Origin: Schmidtea nova
Lineage: Eukaryota
NCBI GenBank assembly: GCA_044892505.1
Contig: CM097882.1
Span: 218,674,001 to 218,738,000, forward strand
DNA: 64,000 bases
Direction of reading: 5' to 3'
Positions 52,039-64,000 of the stretch are shown in pieces; positions within the stretch are counted from its first letter, which is position 1, and every line of letters starts with the position of its first letter. The notes under the pieces are model-generated. The model worked only from the letters and a program-made list of their open reading frames with translations. It did not search any database and was not told where the DNA came from. The position numbers were made by a program, and so were the translations under genes.

Positions 52039-52654
52039 TACTCAAATAATGTTTCGTTGCCGTGGTTACATTTAATAGCTAGTTTATTTGAACTTTTGAT
52101 ATTCAATTTGATTGATCGATATTTCTATAATTCACATTCATTGATGCCTTGGTTCTGACATAATTTTCGAAGTTCTATGAAATATTTAAGCTCTTTGTAT
52201 TCTATCCTCATTCTTTCACTGATTTCATTGTAGTGTTAAGATTAATTAATTATCCGTTAAATATAGTAATGTTCCAGATAAGCTAGTCAATATGACGTGT
52301 AGTTAGATGTTTTCAGGGGAAATTTTGGATCTTCTTTCAGTTGTTTTTTAAGAAATCTGATTAGCTGTTGTCGTGTTGAAAAAATTTTCTTCTGTATTGT
52401 TTATGGGTAGGGTGTTCATTTAGAGACATAAGAAACTTATCTTGACTAGTTATTTCTTGTTGATGTTGACGCCTGTAATGAAATGATATATCGTATTACA
52501 GGATATAGTTGTCATTGTTCATCATTATCAATTTTTATACTTTTTATATTATTTTTCTAATACCATATTTCTATGTACAATATTTACACGGTACTCATAC
52601 TACTTTTATTACAGTATCAACCTTACGGTGATCAATTACGGTGATCAACCTTGG

Positions 52655-54800
52655 TGGTTACTATTGCCCTATTAACCCTACGGGTCCACCACTGTTGATA
52701 GAAGACTTGTGTGGCCTTCTTTCGGTTCCCTTTTCGTCTCTAATTAGACTTATTCATTTATTTACACACCATGCTATTCCATCATACATTCCATACATAC
52801 AAGAGAACAAATCAATATAACTCCATACATATATTCATCCGATAAAAACACTCGTGTTGATGACCTTCACCAATTGACTTTCCGTAAGGCCACTTAGCGG
52901 GTCCATCTTGATGCCCAGCTGACTGGCGAAGGCTCTACGTTCCCGCCTCCTCTTTGCACTTAGTCGGTTTCGTTTCTTCAATTGGTTCCCTGTTAGATCC
53001 TTTATCGGAGTAACCCCGCCATCGGCTTTTGCTACCGACGATACCATCGTTTCTGTTTGGGTTTCAATACTCGCGCACCTCGATTGCGCCCATTTTTCGA
53101 AGGTGTCCGACGTATCTGACCCCTTAAGTGAGTTTCTATAACTCCCTAGTGGCGGCTCTCAAACATCTATTTAGTTTCAACTTTGTGGCTGCTAGCTCTC
53201 TCGTTTGTTCGTCACTGAATGCACAGCTCGATCCTTAGATTTTAGTATCTTTTTAGTGCGTTCCGGACTAAACCACGTCCTTTTGATCTCCTCTTGTTCC
53301 CGCGCCTGCCGAGAAACAGGACCTCCGAGTAATTGGACTTGTCTCCTCAACTGTTTCTCGTCATCCATGTAGGCCTTCTTGCTGGAATTTTTCATCATTA
53401 GTCGACCTTATATATAATACGTAATAGTGCCCTATTGATATTTATCTATCAATTTACCCGCCCGGTCTAATTTTATCCTAATGGTTCAATCATGCTCTCC
53501 AGCTAACCCACAACAAACTCAATAACAAAGCGCCGTTATATCATACATGTATTGAAATCTATCACACCAACAAGATCATGCTGTCAATTTTTTTAATTTT
53601 CTCTATCACGTTGGCGTCTGCGTCTTCTGTCCAATCTTGAAAGAACTCACTGTCCTTCCGAGGCGCTCCATTGGCGTGTTAGAAAGACGGGTTGGGTTGC
53701 CAAAATAACTTTCTGTCATACAAGAAAATCTCCTGAAATCGAATTGAGGCTGCCCATGGGTATCGTGAACTCCACTCTTCTCTGAACCACCATGGCAGGT
53801 TCGGATATTGGATTGCATTCCCGGTGTGGATATTGCGAGGTTTATCCATCAAAATATATCCCAGTCTCTGTAGTTGTAGGGTCAGGATTTGTCGAAAATG
53901 CAGGAGCTATCTCGGAATTCCTTCTTCTTCCTAGAGCTCCATGAACCAATGTCGGTTCTTGCGATAGAATTGAATTCTGGGAGTAGGTCATGACGGATCT
54001 CCTTTCCATCGAATGCAAAATTGATTACGTCCCCATTGATTACCATCTTTGGGTTGTTCAAATAAATGCCACCAGTGGTGCATGTGCCTAGCCGCTTCCA
54101 TCCGAACGTCAATTGGCGTTGGTTCGAAAGATTTCGGTAATCCGGTAATTAACTCCATCCTCTGCTTCGACCTCAACATCGTTCTTATTAAGATAACTAG
54201 ACCTACAGATAATATAGCGATTAAATTTTACCATCAGTAATACAGGGTTAGATGGTATTCCCCCAACCCTCATCATAGCTTCATTCACCATCCTGCAATC
54301 ATCGTCACTTGCTTCATACATACCATTTCACGCATTCATATTTCGAACTTTGGTTTAGACATTCATACGTCAACTTTTCGGAATGCAACCTTCCACGCAT
54401 CTTCTACAATCACTGCGGATCAACAACTGTTCATTCACGTTCCACCCGATCACTATAATAAAAAATTCATTTACTTCCATTATCAGCGCATTGTTAACTT
54501 TCGCCCTGAACATTTAAACAGGTGGCTCTAACCATACTCTTACTCGTGAGCAACCAACCAATTCCGTGAATAATTCGTCGTTATATTCGTTTATTGTAAT
54601 TGCTCTGTCGATGTGGGATGTTAGCATCGCAATTTATTTGTGACAGCTGTTAATCAAAGATTTACCATTTCCGGCCACCGGATTACTCGTTGTGGCTTCC
54701 TCAGTTATTCCCAATCATTGGTCATCAAAAATCCAACCAGCATCTCACCTCAACATCTCACGAAAACAACCTGATTCGTTTCGTCATGCATCCGACATTC
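52655..54800 (-). mobile_element. Unrecognised multi-ORF dispersed element, copy 2 (degenerate)
   Basis: ORFs 53988-54179, 53192-53398 and 52835-53047 align with frames in 24700-26140; shared downstream non-coding block at 52655-52730. Confidence 0.65.
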
Positions 54801-54918
54801 ATTTCATATCCATCTACACCAGGTTTCACTGGATATGGCTACCTATAATAATCAAATAGCTTATATTATAGAAAAATACACACCTACCTGTACCTAATTC
54901 ATTGCTGTTTTACTGAAA

Positions 54919-55850
54919 ATGGCGATTTATTATGTCGTAGACAAAGAGTAAGAAAAAAAAATAATTACACACAAACACAAAACATAGAAAAAAACAGATG
55001 GTAACTTTCATGGGTGTGTTTTGTTTTATTCAATATGGCTACCATATATAATTTTTATCAGCAGAAAAATTGAAAATAAATATGGAAAATAAAATTTCGA
55101 TAATTGGATCTGATGAATCTACATTGAGTTTCCGCGAAAATGATGAAATATCATCGTAAGTGTTATAATTTAAGTATTGAAAAATTTATATTTTCCCAGT
55201 TTTTCAGACAATTCACTGGAAACAATACCATTTCGTGAAAAAGATGAAATATCATCGTAAGTAATGTAAATTAAGTCATAAAATATTTATACTTTCCCAG
55301 AATTTCAGAAAATTCACTGGTAACAATGGCATTTCGTGAAGATGAATTAGGAAAATGGTATCACCTTTTTTATTTATTAAAATATTTATTATGGTCTTAG
55401 CCTTTCAGATATTCCAGGTACATCGTACAACTGCATTTCATTCGATATCCGAAAAAATGTTCGCAAATTGTAAGATGAAATAATAAATATTTAAAAAGTT
55501 ATTTGATTTTAAGAGGATTTCAGATATCGACAAAGCCAGAATCATAAACGCAAAGGAAAATAAACAAGATTACTTCCATTTGGGAAGCTTACTTGGCCTA
55601 TCAAAAAATTCTATAAGAAAAATAATTTAGCAAAATCAAATGCAGTTTAAGGAAGACAATATCAAGATCAAATGGCTTCTCCACAATGTCTTTCCAAGAC
55701 CGATTTTGTTTGGTGAAAATAGCTCTTGAAGACGAATTAAATAAAGATGAATATAAAGATTTGGAAAACTTTTTCTTACATGTTCGCCGATTTTTTTCTA
55801 AATGTTTACGAAAAATTGAAATATTTGGAGATTAATGTATTTATCAAATA
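54919..55850 (+). pseudogene. Small multi-exon gene with duplicated acidic exons and an HTH-like last exon; last exon disrupted
   Basis: Phase-2 GT-AG introns of 44, 44, 43 and 46 bp separate exons ending 55155, 55200-55256, 55301-55357, 55401-55469 and starting 55516. Spliced product FRENDEISS-FSDNSLETIPFREKDEISS-ISENSLVTMAFREDELGKC...ISDIDKARIINAKENKQDYFHLGSLLGLSKNSIRKII*. Confidence 0.65.
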
Positions 55851-55894
55851 AATATTAGTTAGAATTGAATTTTTACTAACCTTTGATGTTAATA

Positions 55895-56560
55895 ATTCCA
55901 TAATATCCTATTCAAAAGATCGACCCAAAATACTCTATTCAAAATAACCAGACTAAAAATCCTATACAAAAAATCCAGACCAAAATTCCATGTACAAAAG
56001 TACCAGACTAAAAATCCTATTTAAAAATACCAGACCAAAAATCCCTGTTCAAAATCCCTATACAAAATTTTAGAGTCTCTTTTTGCCCGAAAAAAATCTG
56101 GGAGTAGAAAATCCTATTCAAAAGATCGACAAAAATTTCCTATACAAAAGATCGACCCAAAATTCTATATTCAAAATAACCAGACTAAAAATCCTATACA
56201 AAAAATCCAGACCAAAATTCTATGTACAAAAATACCAGACTAAAAATCCTATTTAAAATTACCAGACCAAAAATCCCTGTTCAAAATCCCTGTACAAAAT
56301 TCCAGAGTCCCTTTTTGGCCGAGAAAAAATGTCGGAGTAGAAAATCCTATTCAAAAGATCGACAAAAATTTTCCTATACAAAAGATCGACCAAAAAACAT
56401 AGTGGCTCCCCAACTCTTGTACAAAAGACCGACAAAAATTTTCATATACAAAAGATCGACCAAAAAACAGTGGCTCCTCAACTCACCTGTACAAAAGACC
56501 GACAAAAATTTTCCTATACAAAAGATCGACGAAAAAATATAGTGGCTCCCCAACTCACTT
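55895..56560. repeat. Tandem array of ~27-28-bp subunits in larger duplicated blocks
   Basis: Recurring cctat(a/t)caaaagatcgac and accagac(t/c)aaaaat; a block of about 240 bp is duplicated; three agtggctcc.caactc copies near the right end. Confidence 0.9.
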
Positions 56561-56608
56561 TTTTTCTAGGGGGGGTGGGGTGAGTTGGGGAGCCACTAAC
56601 TATCTACT
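56541..56608. other. Perfect 18-bp stem hairpin followed by a Polinton-like terminus
   Basis: agtggctccccaactcac (56541-56558) pairs with gtgagttggggagccact (56580-56597). Then aactatctact, which reads AGTAGATAGTTAGTGG on the minus strand. Confidence 0.6.
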
Positions 56609-58082
56609 TATACCGTTTCTATCGCTGGGAAAAACAAACTATTTATTATCGATATTTTTACAAAATATTTTATTACCAAAATATGAGGCACATGTTTTAG
56701 AGTCTAATGATATGCCTCATCTTGTAATTGGTAAAGTAGTTTACTCGAAACTTTGAGTTTAATGGAGATCGATAATCGACTCGTAAACACATTTCCGTAA
56801 AAGAATTTTATGGTAATTTGTTAGTTGAAAATAAATCTTGAAAAAATTAAATTTTTCAGAATAAACATGTCACAAGGATAATCGGGTACACTTCCTCCAT
56901 AAGTTGATGCAACAAAAATCCCCAAAAAAATTGAGTAACCTTATGAAAAACTATGATTTCTGCAAAAAAAGTAACATTTTGCACATTTTAACACTTAAAA
57001 ATCAATAGTTGCACTTTAAAATAATGTGCAGAACTTTAAAAACATTGGCACTTGAAAATATTCAGTAGCACCCTTTAACAAAAAGTTATACTTTTCTCTT
57101 AACTTTATTATTTTTCCTTCTGTGGTAATTTAAACAAAATATTTTGAAAAAATCAATAATCAAAAATTAAAACAAAAAAATATATGCCCCGGGGGTATTT
57201 GTTTGTTTAGATCAGCATGTGCGCGATAACTTCCAATACAAAAGTAGATCACATCCTCCTACTGAGGATAGAAATCTAACGTTTCAAGTCAAAATTTCAT
57301 CATTTACTGAAACAATGAACCCAATACAAACTTTATTCATATTTAATCAACAATGAATCAGACTCAATCGACGTCAACTCCGATAATCTGTCAACAGACA
57401 ATAACACAAAAGCTAAAGTGGTAAACTCAATGTGAAATATTAAGCAGAATGCTGAATCAAGCCCATGCACAATGGAGAAATGAAAAAGCGTTATTAACAG
57501 ATAGCGTAAACAGAAATTTATTATATATTGTGAAAATCGAATAACAACAACAATTGATAATTCTGAAAGATCAGAGATACGAATGGTTAACGAGACATCT
57601 AGTCTGGCAAACAAACGAAATTGGAAGATTAAACGAAGCAAGAGAGGAAGTTAGAGCATAGTATAATTGTTAAGAAAATTTTCCAGAACCGTTCCAAGAA
57701 CCCGACTCAACGGAGAGAGGATAAGCTGTTATAAAAAGCTAAAACCAGTGTAAATAAAAATGTGAATATGCATAAAACTTTGCATACAGAAAAAAACAAA
57801 CAATTGTAAAAATTATATTAGAATGCAAAATGAAAATCAACAAAAACAAGAAGAGTTGACCGAACTATACCAGATACTTCAGATACAACGAATAAAACAG
57901 ACAGAATTCGATGATAGATTTAAATGTAAATTGTGTAGAAACTTATTTATAGAACCCAGACAAACCGAATATCGATGTCAAATATGTACAAAGTTTGTAA
58001 TAAAGTAATTCAAACAAAACAAAACTATGTCCTGAATGTAGTAAAACAATAATAGACTAACTCGAACAAACGAAACTAGATA

Positions 58083-59546
58083 CATCTAATTCTGTTTTTA
58101 CGCGATAGATACGTTCCTCGAAAATTCGCTTAAAAAAAGATATAGTATCAATATAAAAGTATGGGATTGGTTCCGAATTTTCAAAATCAACCAAAATAAT
58201 GTTATTAAAATATACAAATTTATATTTTTAGGTGTTTTACAAATTTTATATTTTATATAATATTAAAGAACAAACGAAAAAAATGATAAAAAATACTAAT
58301 TTAACGAAAAAAATTCATTATTTAACAAAATATCACAAAAAATTCATTTTAATAAAATAAAAAATGTCAAAATATATTATAAAATATATTTTTTAATTGC
58401 TGTCACTTCCTGATGATATACGCATTCGTTTATGTGAGACTTGAACGTCACTGTCATCACTAGAAATATTTGCAACTTCATTTTCATGTTCAAGTGGTGT
58501 TGATGTTTCAGCTGTTTTGAGTTTAGTAACAAATTCAGTTATCAATCGTTGTGTTCATTGACCGTGGTTTCAGTGCTCGATTTACAAGTAAAGGTTTCAG
58601 CATTCGATCTCCTGAAGCGTTAGAACATAATAAAAAGGTCACGCGATCCTTGGCTACTTTAAACACACTTGCAATTTTTCGAGATTTGGCTACGTATGTT
58701 CTGCTCGGCATTCTTTTCCAGAAAAGGCCTGTTTCATCTGCATTACATACCTGATCCGGAGTGTAGCCATGTTCTTCAATTATCTTAGCCAATTTTTGGG
58801 GAAATGCTTTAGCTGCATCCTCATCAGCAGATGAAATTTCACCCCTAATTTTTATATTATGAAGCACGTGCCTTTGGCCTGATGTTTGTGGTTCCATTTC
58901 TTTCATCTGCTTATAAATTCGTAATGCCATCTTCTTTATGCCATTTCCGTCAACAGGTATCCGTTTTTGTGAGCAATCCTCCATCCATATTACAAGAGCC
59001 TTCTCCATTTTCTCTTTTACAGTGTCTCTTGTGTAAAATGTTGTATGAGCACTCATATTTGTTCCAGCAATCACAGATTTTCTGATAGCTTCTTCATTTC
59101 TTTTTATAGTTCTTATGGTTGATTCTTTTAAATTAAAATATTTCCCTACAGAAGTGGCACCTTCTCCAGTGGCTAGTCTATCCAAAATTTTGATTTTAAT
59201 TTCCAAAGAAATAGCTTTTCTATTCTTTTGTTTTTTTAGCTGACATTAATGTAAATAATTAAAGATTTGTTGATAAATTATATTTAAATAAAAACTGCTT
59301 CGGTAATAATTTGTCTTTAAAATGGCGAATTAATCAATTAAATAATAACGACAACTATAAATTAGTTAATTAAATATCCCTAACAATTATTAATTGTAAT
59401 GAGGTTCCTATAAAAAAAAATTATTTGCATGTAATAAATGAATGGACTTAAAATTATAAATTTTTTGCATCGCGTTAAATCAAATCAAATCGTGTAAAAA
59501 CAGAACGAAATAATTTTGTTGAATCGCGTAAAAACAGAATTAGGTG
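58083..59546 (-). mobile_element. pogo/Tigger-type DNA transposon, internally deleted
   Basis: TIRs catctaattctgtttttacgcga / tcgcgtaaaaacagaattaggtg with TA duplication. ORF 58535-59206 has HTH-psq, a CENP-B-like helix and DDE_1 start (QVCNADETGLFWKRMPSRTY, KDRVTFLLCSNASG). Confidence 0.95.
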
Positions 59547-60326
59547 TATTGCAATGAATATGGAGATGATGAACGCAGCAACAACCTGTTCAAATAAGCC
59601 ATGTGTACGGAATGGCCGACAAAGTGGATCACAAAACACCTGTATAAATGTGATGATACGAAAGCCAAATCTAAGTGGTGTGAAGAGGAGATATGGAAAA
59701 GATGCAAAGACAATCATGAAAAATCGTGCGAAAAGAGACAAGAAACTTGTGAATTTTTTAATGAAACAGACGTTTGGATAGTACTAAAAATGAGCATTGG
59801 AATGCAGAAGAAGGTCAAATATATGAAGAAAAATGTAGTCAATGTGGAACGCTAGAAAAAGTGAAGTTGAAAGAACATTGGGAAATATGCAAAAGGGAAC
59901 CACTGGCCTGTCCTTTAAAACTATTCAATTACAAATGAGACTGTCCAAAGAGAAAATGCATAAGTATGTGAATTAAAACAGTGTAAATACTTTGAGAACA
60001 GTTGTTGAAGCTACTAGAGCAACCGCGTTGGTGATTGGAAAAACAAACACGGAAATAAAATCACAAAAAATCCTGATAAAAGAAATGTTAGATACAAGAG
60101 GAAGTTTCGAGAAAATAAAAGAGCAAATGATCCAAAAAAATTTGTTATTATACCAGAAAGTAGCAGAAATACTAACAATCTAACAAAGATTCGAAAGTAT
60201 CCTCCCAACAATGGAAGAGTTACCAGTCACACCATATTATTGGAAAATTACAGAATTCACAGAGAAATCGAGAATAGCAAGAGAAGGAGGTTAATGCGTG
60301 TGGAAAAGTCCACCTTGCCATAGTTG

Positions 60327-61365
60327 CAGAGCCGGCTCAAGGTACCGGCAAGCCGGGCGGTTGCCCGGGGCGCAATCTTGCTTGGGGCGCCATCAAGATT
60401 CTTCTAAATAAAATTTTGATGTGAGCAACGAAATAGAAAGTTTTTTTAAACTGCTAAATTAAAATTGTGAAATACAGTGATTGATTTATTTGTGAATTGT
60501 GAATGATTAATTGCGGATTATTGTTTGTGATTTTCTTATTTTTTATGAATAGATAAAAGTCTTTTAAATATAAATTGGTGAATTAAAATTGCAAAATACA
60601 GTGTTATTTTTTGTGAATTATTTTTTGTAATTGCGAATTAATGTTAGTTATATAAATCACTTTAAAAATAATTATTTTTCAAAGGTAATAATTTAAACTT
60701 TTTGAATTATTTTTAAATCAAACGAAACATCAAAGTGATATTTTTTTCACTTTTTGTAATCAAAAAATTGTAGAGTTTTACTTTCTGGTTATTACTTAAT
60801 TATTTGATTAATATATTTATAAAGACTAATTTTAAAAATTCATCTAAATTTGTTTATAAGATGCAATAAGTTTGCTATAAACCTGTTGTAGATACGACAA
60901 ATCAAGAATTATATGAAACCATAATAGATTCTCTGAAAGAATTTGACCTAAATTTGGATAATTGTAGAGGGCAGGGCTATAATGATGGCTTGAACATGAA
61001 AGGGAAAAACAAAGATGTACAGGCGCGCATAATCAAAAAAAATCCTAGAGCCTTTTTTATACAATGTGGATGTCATAGCTTGAATTTAGTGGTTGGTGAT
61101 AGTGCAACAAGTTGCCTGGAACCAACTTCTTTTATTGGTACTATCTTTTCTTTGATTTTATCGCGAAAACCAAAATAATAAAAAAATACATGAAATAAAA
61201 TTTAATTTGTTGCTAAATATTTAGCCGGGACACAAACAAACTGTAAGCGTTTTTTAGCCAAGACACAAACCAACATTAAAAAACTTTCGCCTGCGACGCT
61301 TTTTCACTACATAGGGCGCTTTAAATTTCTTGCCCTGGGCGCTGAAAACCATAGGGCTGGCCCTG
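60327..61365 (+). mobile_element. Internally deleted hAT transposon
   Basis: Termini cagagccggc / gctggccctg. 8-bp TSD CATAGTTG / CATGGTTG. Transposase fragment CRGQGYNDGLNMKG...NPRAFFIQCGCHSLNLVV. Confidence 0.93.
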
Positions 61366-61879
61366 CATGGTTGGAGAAATGGTTACAAACTTAGACTTAA
61401 AGTATATCTAAAAGGAGACGGAGCAGGAGCCAGAACTCACTTATCAGTATATTGCCAAATATGCAAAGGAGATTATGATGATTGGTTTAAATCGGCTATG
61501 AGTACGACACAGCCGTAAGAGTTGGATTGAAGGAGTGCAGAATTTGTGGGGTATTCAGACCAAGCTTAAAATACTCGAACGCGGCTCACAAAAAAACGAT
61601 TGGAAACGACATTGTAGATATAAAAGATCCACGTTTTGTTGCAATAGATTTATTAACTGTAGAACAACCACTTTATTTAATAAACAACACCCCGTATCTG
61701 AGTATAGAAACGAAAAAACCTTAGTGAAGGTGAAAAATTGTAAATATGTTTGTATTAAAATGTAGTAAAATAAAAAGTTTTAAAAAGCATAAAAAAGCAT
61801 AAAACCAAAAAAACACAAAAATAAGAAAAACAAAAATTTGTAAATATAGAAAACAAAAATTGTGAAAATTTTAATGGAG

Positions 61880-63010
61880 AAAATATTGTAGATATGACGG
61901 AAACAATGATCGGAAGGAAAATCATAAGGAAACGAGATGATAACAGATAATTCAAATGTTTTGTGTGAATTAATAAAAACAGATAGAAGATAAACATGGA
62001 ATCCAATTACCTCAGAGATCATTTATTATAGATTTTCACGAGTAATACCAAATGTACCCAAGAAAATAAATCATGGAGAATTGAAAATTATTGATGAAAC
62101 CTTGAGAAGCGAAAGTCGAAGATATATAACCTTTTGGAAACAAGATTATCAGTACAGAAAGTTCGACAAAGATGGCTTATATTTTGCGGGAACAATTGAG
62201 AAACCTGATAAAGTAATTTGTAGATTTTGCAGAATGGAAAACTTTCACCAACATGCCCTTTTGTATTAAAGATATGCGATAACCCAAAAGAAACATCAAC
62301 CATAAAAAATGAAAAGGAAGGAAAAATCAATATAACAACGGTAAAATCAACAGGCCCAGGAGAAATACGATTCATAGCATTTGATCCGAGAGAAACAATT
62401 AATGGAAGAGTCAATACCTTTGAAGACAAAAAGATGGGTATCAGATTAGCGATAGAAGAATTCGATGCAATAAACGAATCAATCACTGAATGTTCAGAGT
62501 GTGGAATCCAATTACAGTTACCAAAAGAGGAAGGAGAATACTTGAAATACAATGAACATTGTAAATTTGGAGAAGAATTATATGAAGACGAGGAACCGAT
62601 CAACTACAAAATCCCAGAGATGATTTTCAGTGAGACATTAGTAGAAAAGATATTGGATTAACTACGAACTCAAAAAGCAATGCAACGTAAGGGTAAGATG
62701 AAATATTTATGAGAGAGGTAATTAGAGAAAGATTGAGAAGGAATGAAGACATTTGAATCAACTTTGGAATTATTTAAAGTAATTATACAATTTAGAATAA
62801 AATCCAAACTCTTCAACCCATAATCATGTATCAAGAAAGTCATATTAAATAAACATCCATGTTCAGTCTGTTCGATAAAGAAAGTGGAAGTAATCCACTT
62901 ACCATGTGAACATCTATTAGCATGTGAAAATTGTAGCAATGAACTGACATTGTGATCAATGTGTAGAAAAGCAGTCGACAAACGGGTCAAAGGATTCCGT
63001 TATGCCGATC
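61880..63010 (+). pseudogene. Intronless inhibitor-of-apoptosis-like gene (BIR, degenerate BIR, C-terminal RING)
   Basis: LRSESRRYITFW...GLYFAG...DKVICRFC...(frameshift)...SPTCPFV (BIR). GRVNTF...LA...ECSECG...EHCKF (degenerate BIR). CSVCSIKKVEVIHLPCEHLLACENC...MCRKAV (IAP-type RING, 62855-62990). Confidence 0.85.
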
Positions 63011-63167
63011 AATAATGTCATCCAACAAAACAACTTTGGAAATTTATTGTAAAGATTTTAATTTTCAAATCGATGTATACAAGTATTAATTTATTAGCAT
63101 GGAAACCAAAACGAAAACGAAAAGAAATTATGAATGTTATTATTATTCTAGAATGGACATGTAACAA

Positions 63168-63960
63168 TTGATTTACGTCTTGGATGAGGAAATAACCAAA
63201 AGACAAGAACAAGTAAAGTGGATGGAAAAGAATGAAGAGCAAATGGAAGAGCAAATGGAAGAGATCCAAGGAAACATCAAACTAGTCGAACAGAGAACCC
63301 AAGATTTCAGAAAGTTAAAAGAGGAAAATGAGGAATTACAAAAGATAATCAATGAAAAGGCACGAACCTAAATAGAACTCGAAAATCTAAAACTGGAATA
63401 TGGCGAAATGTAGGAAAAGCTCGAATATGAACTACGAAAAATAGTACCGCCGAAAAATAGATCATGGTTAAGAAAAGATGAGCTTGAAACGTATAAATGA
63501 TATATTGAAAGGAGAAATGAAAGTACGATATAATTTTATTAGCAAGAAATCGAAAACGAAAGGAGATGATATAAAGCCACAAAGAAGAAATGGGAAAAGT
63601 GTCAAGATGCAGAAAAGAGTTATGAGAAATTAAAATTATAGAAACATGAAATTATTGAAACAGAGATCAGAACCAGAGCAACCGACAATATTAAAGGAGA
63701 AATTTAAAAGATGTAAAAGAGAAACTGAACAGTATTATTAAGATATATTATTAAAGTATATTACACATGGAACAAGAATCTGAGACGATGGAAATAATTA
63801 AACGAGAAAACTACTTATTCCGTCAACAAAATTGTCTAACACAAAGATATTGCGACAAACAGAAACAAGAGATTGATAAACTCAAAAGAGAAATAAGCAG
63901 TGAGCAGAATACTGATAATAAAAGAAGAATTTAAATCGAATCGTTACAGCGATCACTGAA
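63168..63960 (+). pseudogene. Degenerate coiled-coil ORF remnants
   Basis: Glu/Lys-rich heptad-like frames (MEEQMEEIQGNIKLVEQ...LKEENEELQKII) broken by stops. Confidence 0.4.
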
Positions 63961-64000
63961 AGGTAAACAGAAAAAGATCATATATATATATATATATATA

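Larger units (their letters stand above)
57823..61724 (+). pseudogene. Intronless TRAF-like gene (RING, zinc fingers, coiled coil, MATH), split by two DNA transposons
   Basis: RING CKLCRNLFIEPRQTE...CPEC (57920-58045). TRAF zinc-finger-like CSNKPC...KHLYKC...HEKSCEKR. Coiled coil. MATH WKITEF...WKSPPCHSWRNGYKLRLKVYLKGDGAGARTHLSVY...KGDYD. Several stops and frameshifts. Confidence 0.9.

Noticed and set aside
56222-56542. 106-aa ORF
   Set aside because: Translation of the tandem repeat array with no independent coding signal.
56541-56608. Helitron 3' end
   Set aside because: The CTAG lies inside the loop rather than just after the hairpin, and no Rep/helicase fragment is present.
57333-57641. 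Minus-strand 102-aa ORF and similar hydrophobic antisense ORFs in 59475-63582
   Set aside because: Antisense shadows of the A-rich + strand coding remnants.
1-64000. rRNA, tRNA or snRNA genes
   Set aside because: No conserved rRNA segments or cloverleaf with T-loop and D-loop consensus were recognised by eye; a covariance-model scan would be needed to exclude them fully.

Overview
AT-rich eukaryotic scaffold segment (short GT-AG introns of about 42-46 bp, two N gaps) dominated by decayed mobile DNA. Two host genes look intact: an intronless LUC7-like splicing factor (2994-3974, +) and a 5-exon SAM-dependent O-methyltransferase (38387-42897, -). The rest includes: Polinton/Maverick-type protein-primed DNA polymerase B remnants in three places (one apparently with a spliced 5' end, two forming an inverted duplication); several Gypsy LTR retroelements (one with a DEDDh exonuclease fused ahead of gag, one split into two divergent halves between about 780-bp inverted repeats, one small AGT...ACT-ended gag-integrase element); a BEL/Pao fragment; pogo/Tigger, hAT, mariner and MITE insertions; an unrecognised multi-ORF repeat in three diverged copies; and an intronless, degenerate TRAF + IAP (BIR-BIR-RING) + coiled-coil cassette next to a hairpin-bearing Polinton-like end. 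No rRNA, tRNA or CRISPR array was recognised. All calls come from reading the sequence by eye; no database searches were run, and the organism was not identified.
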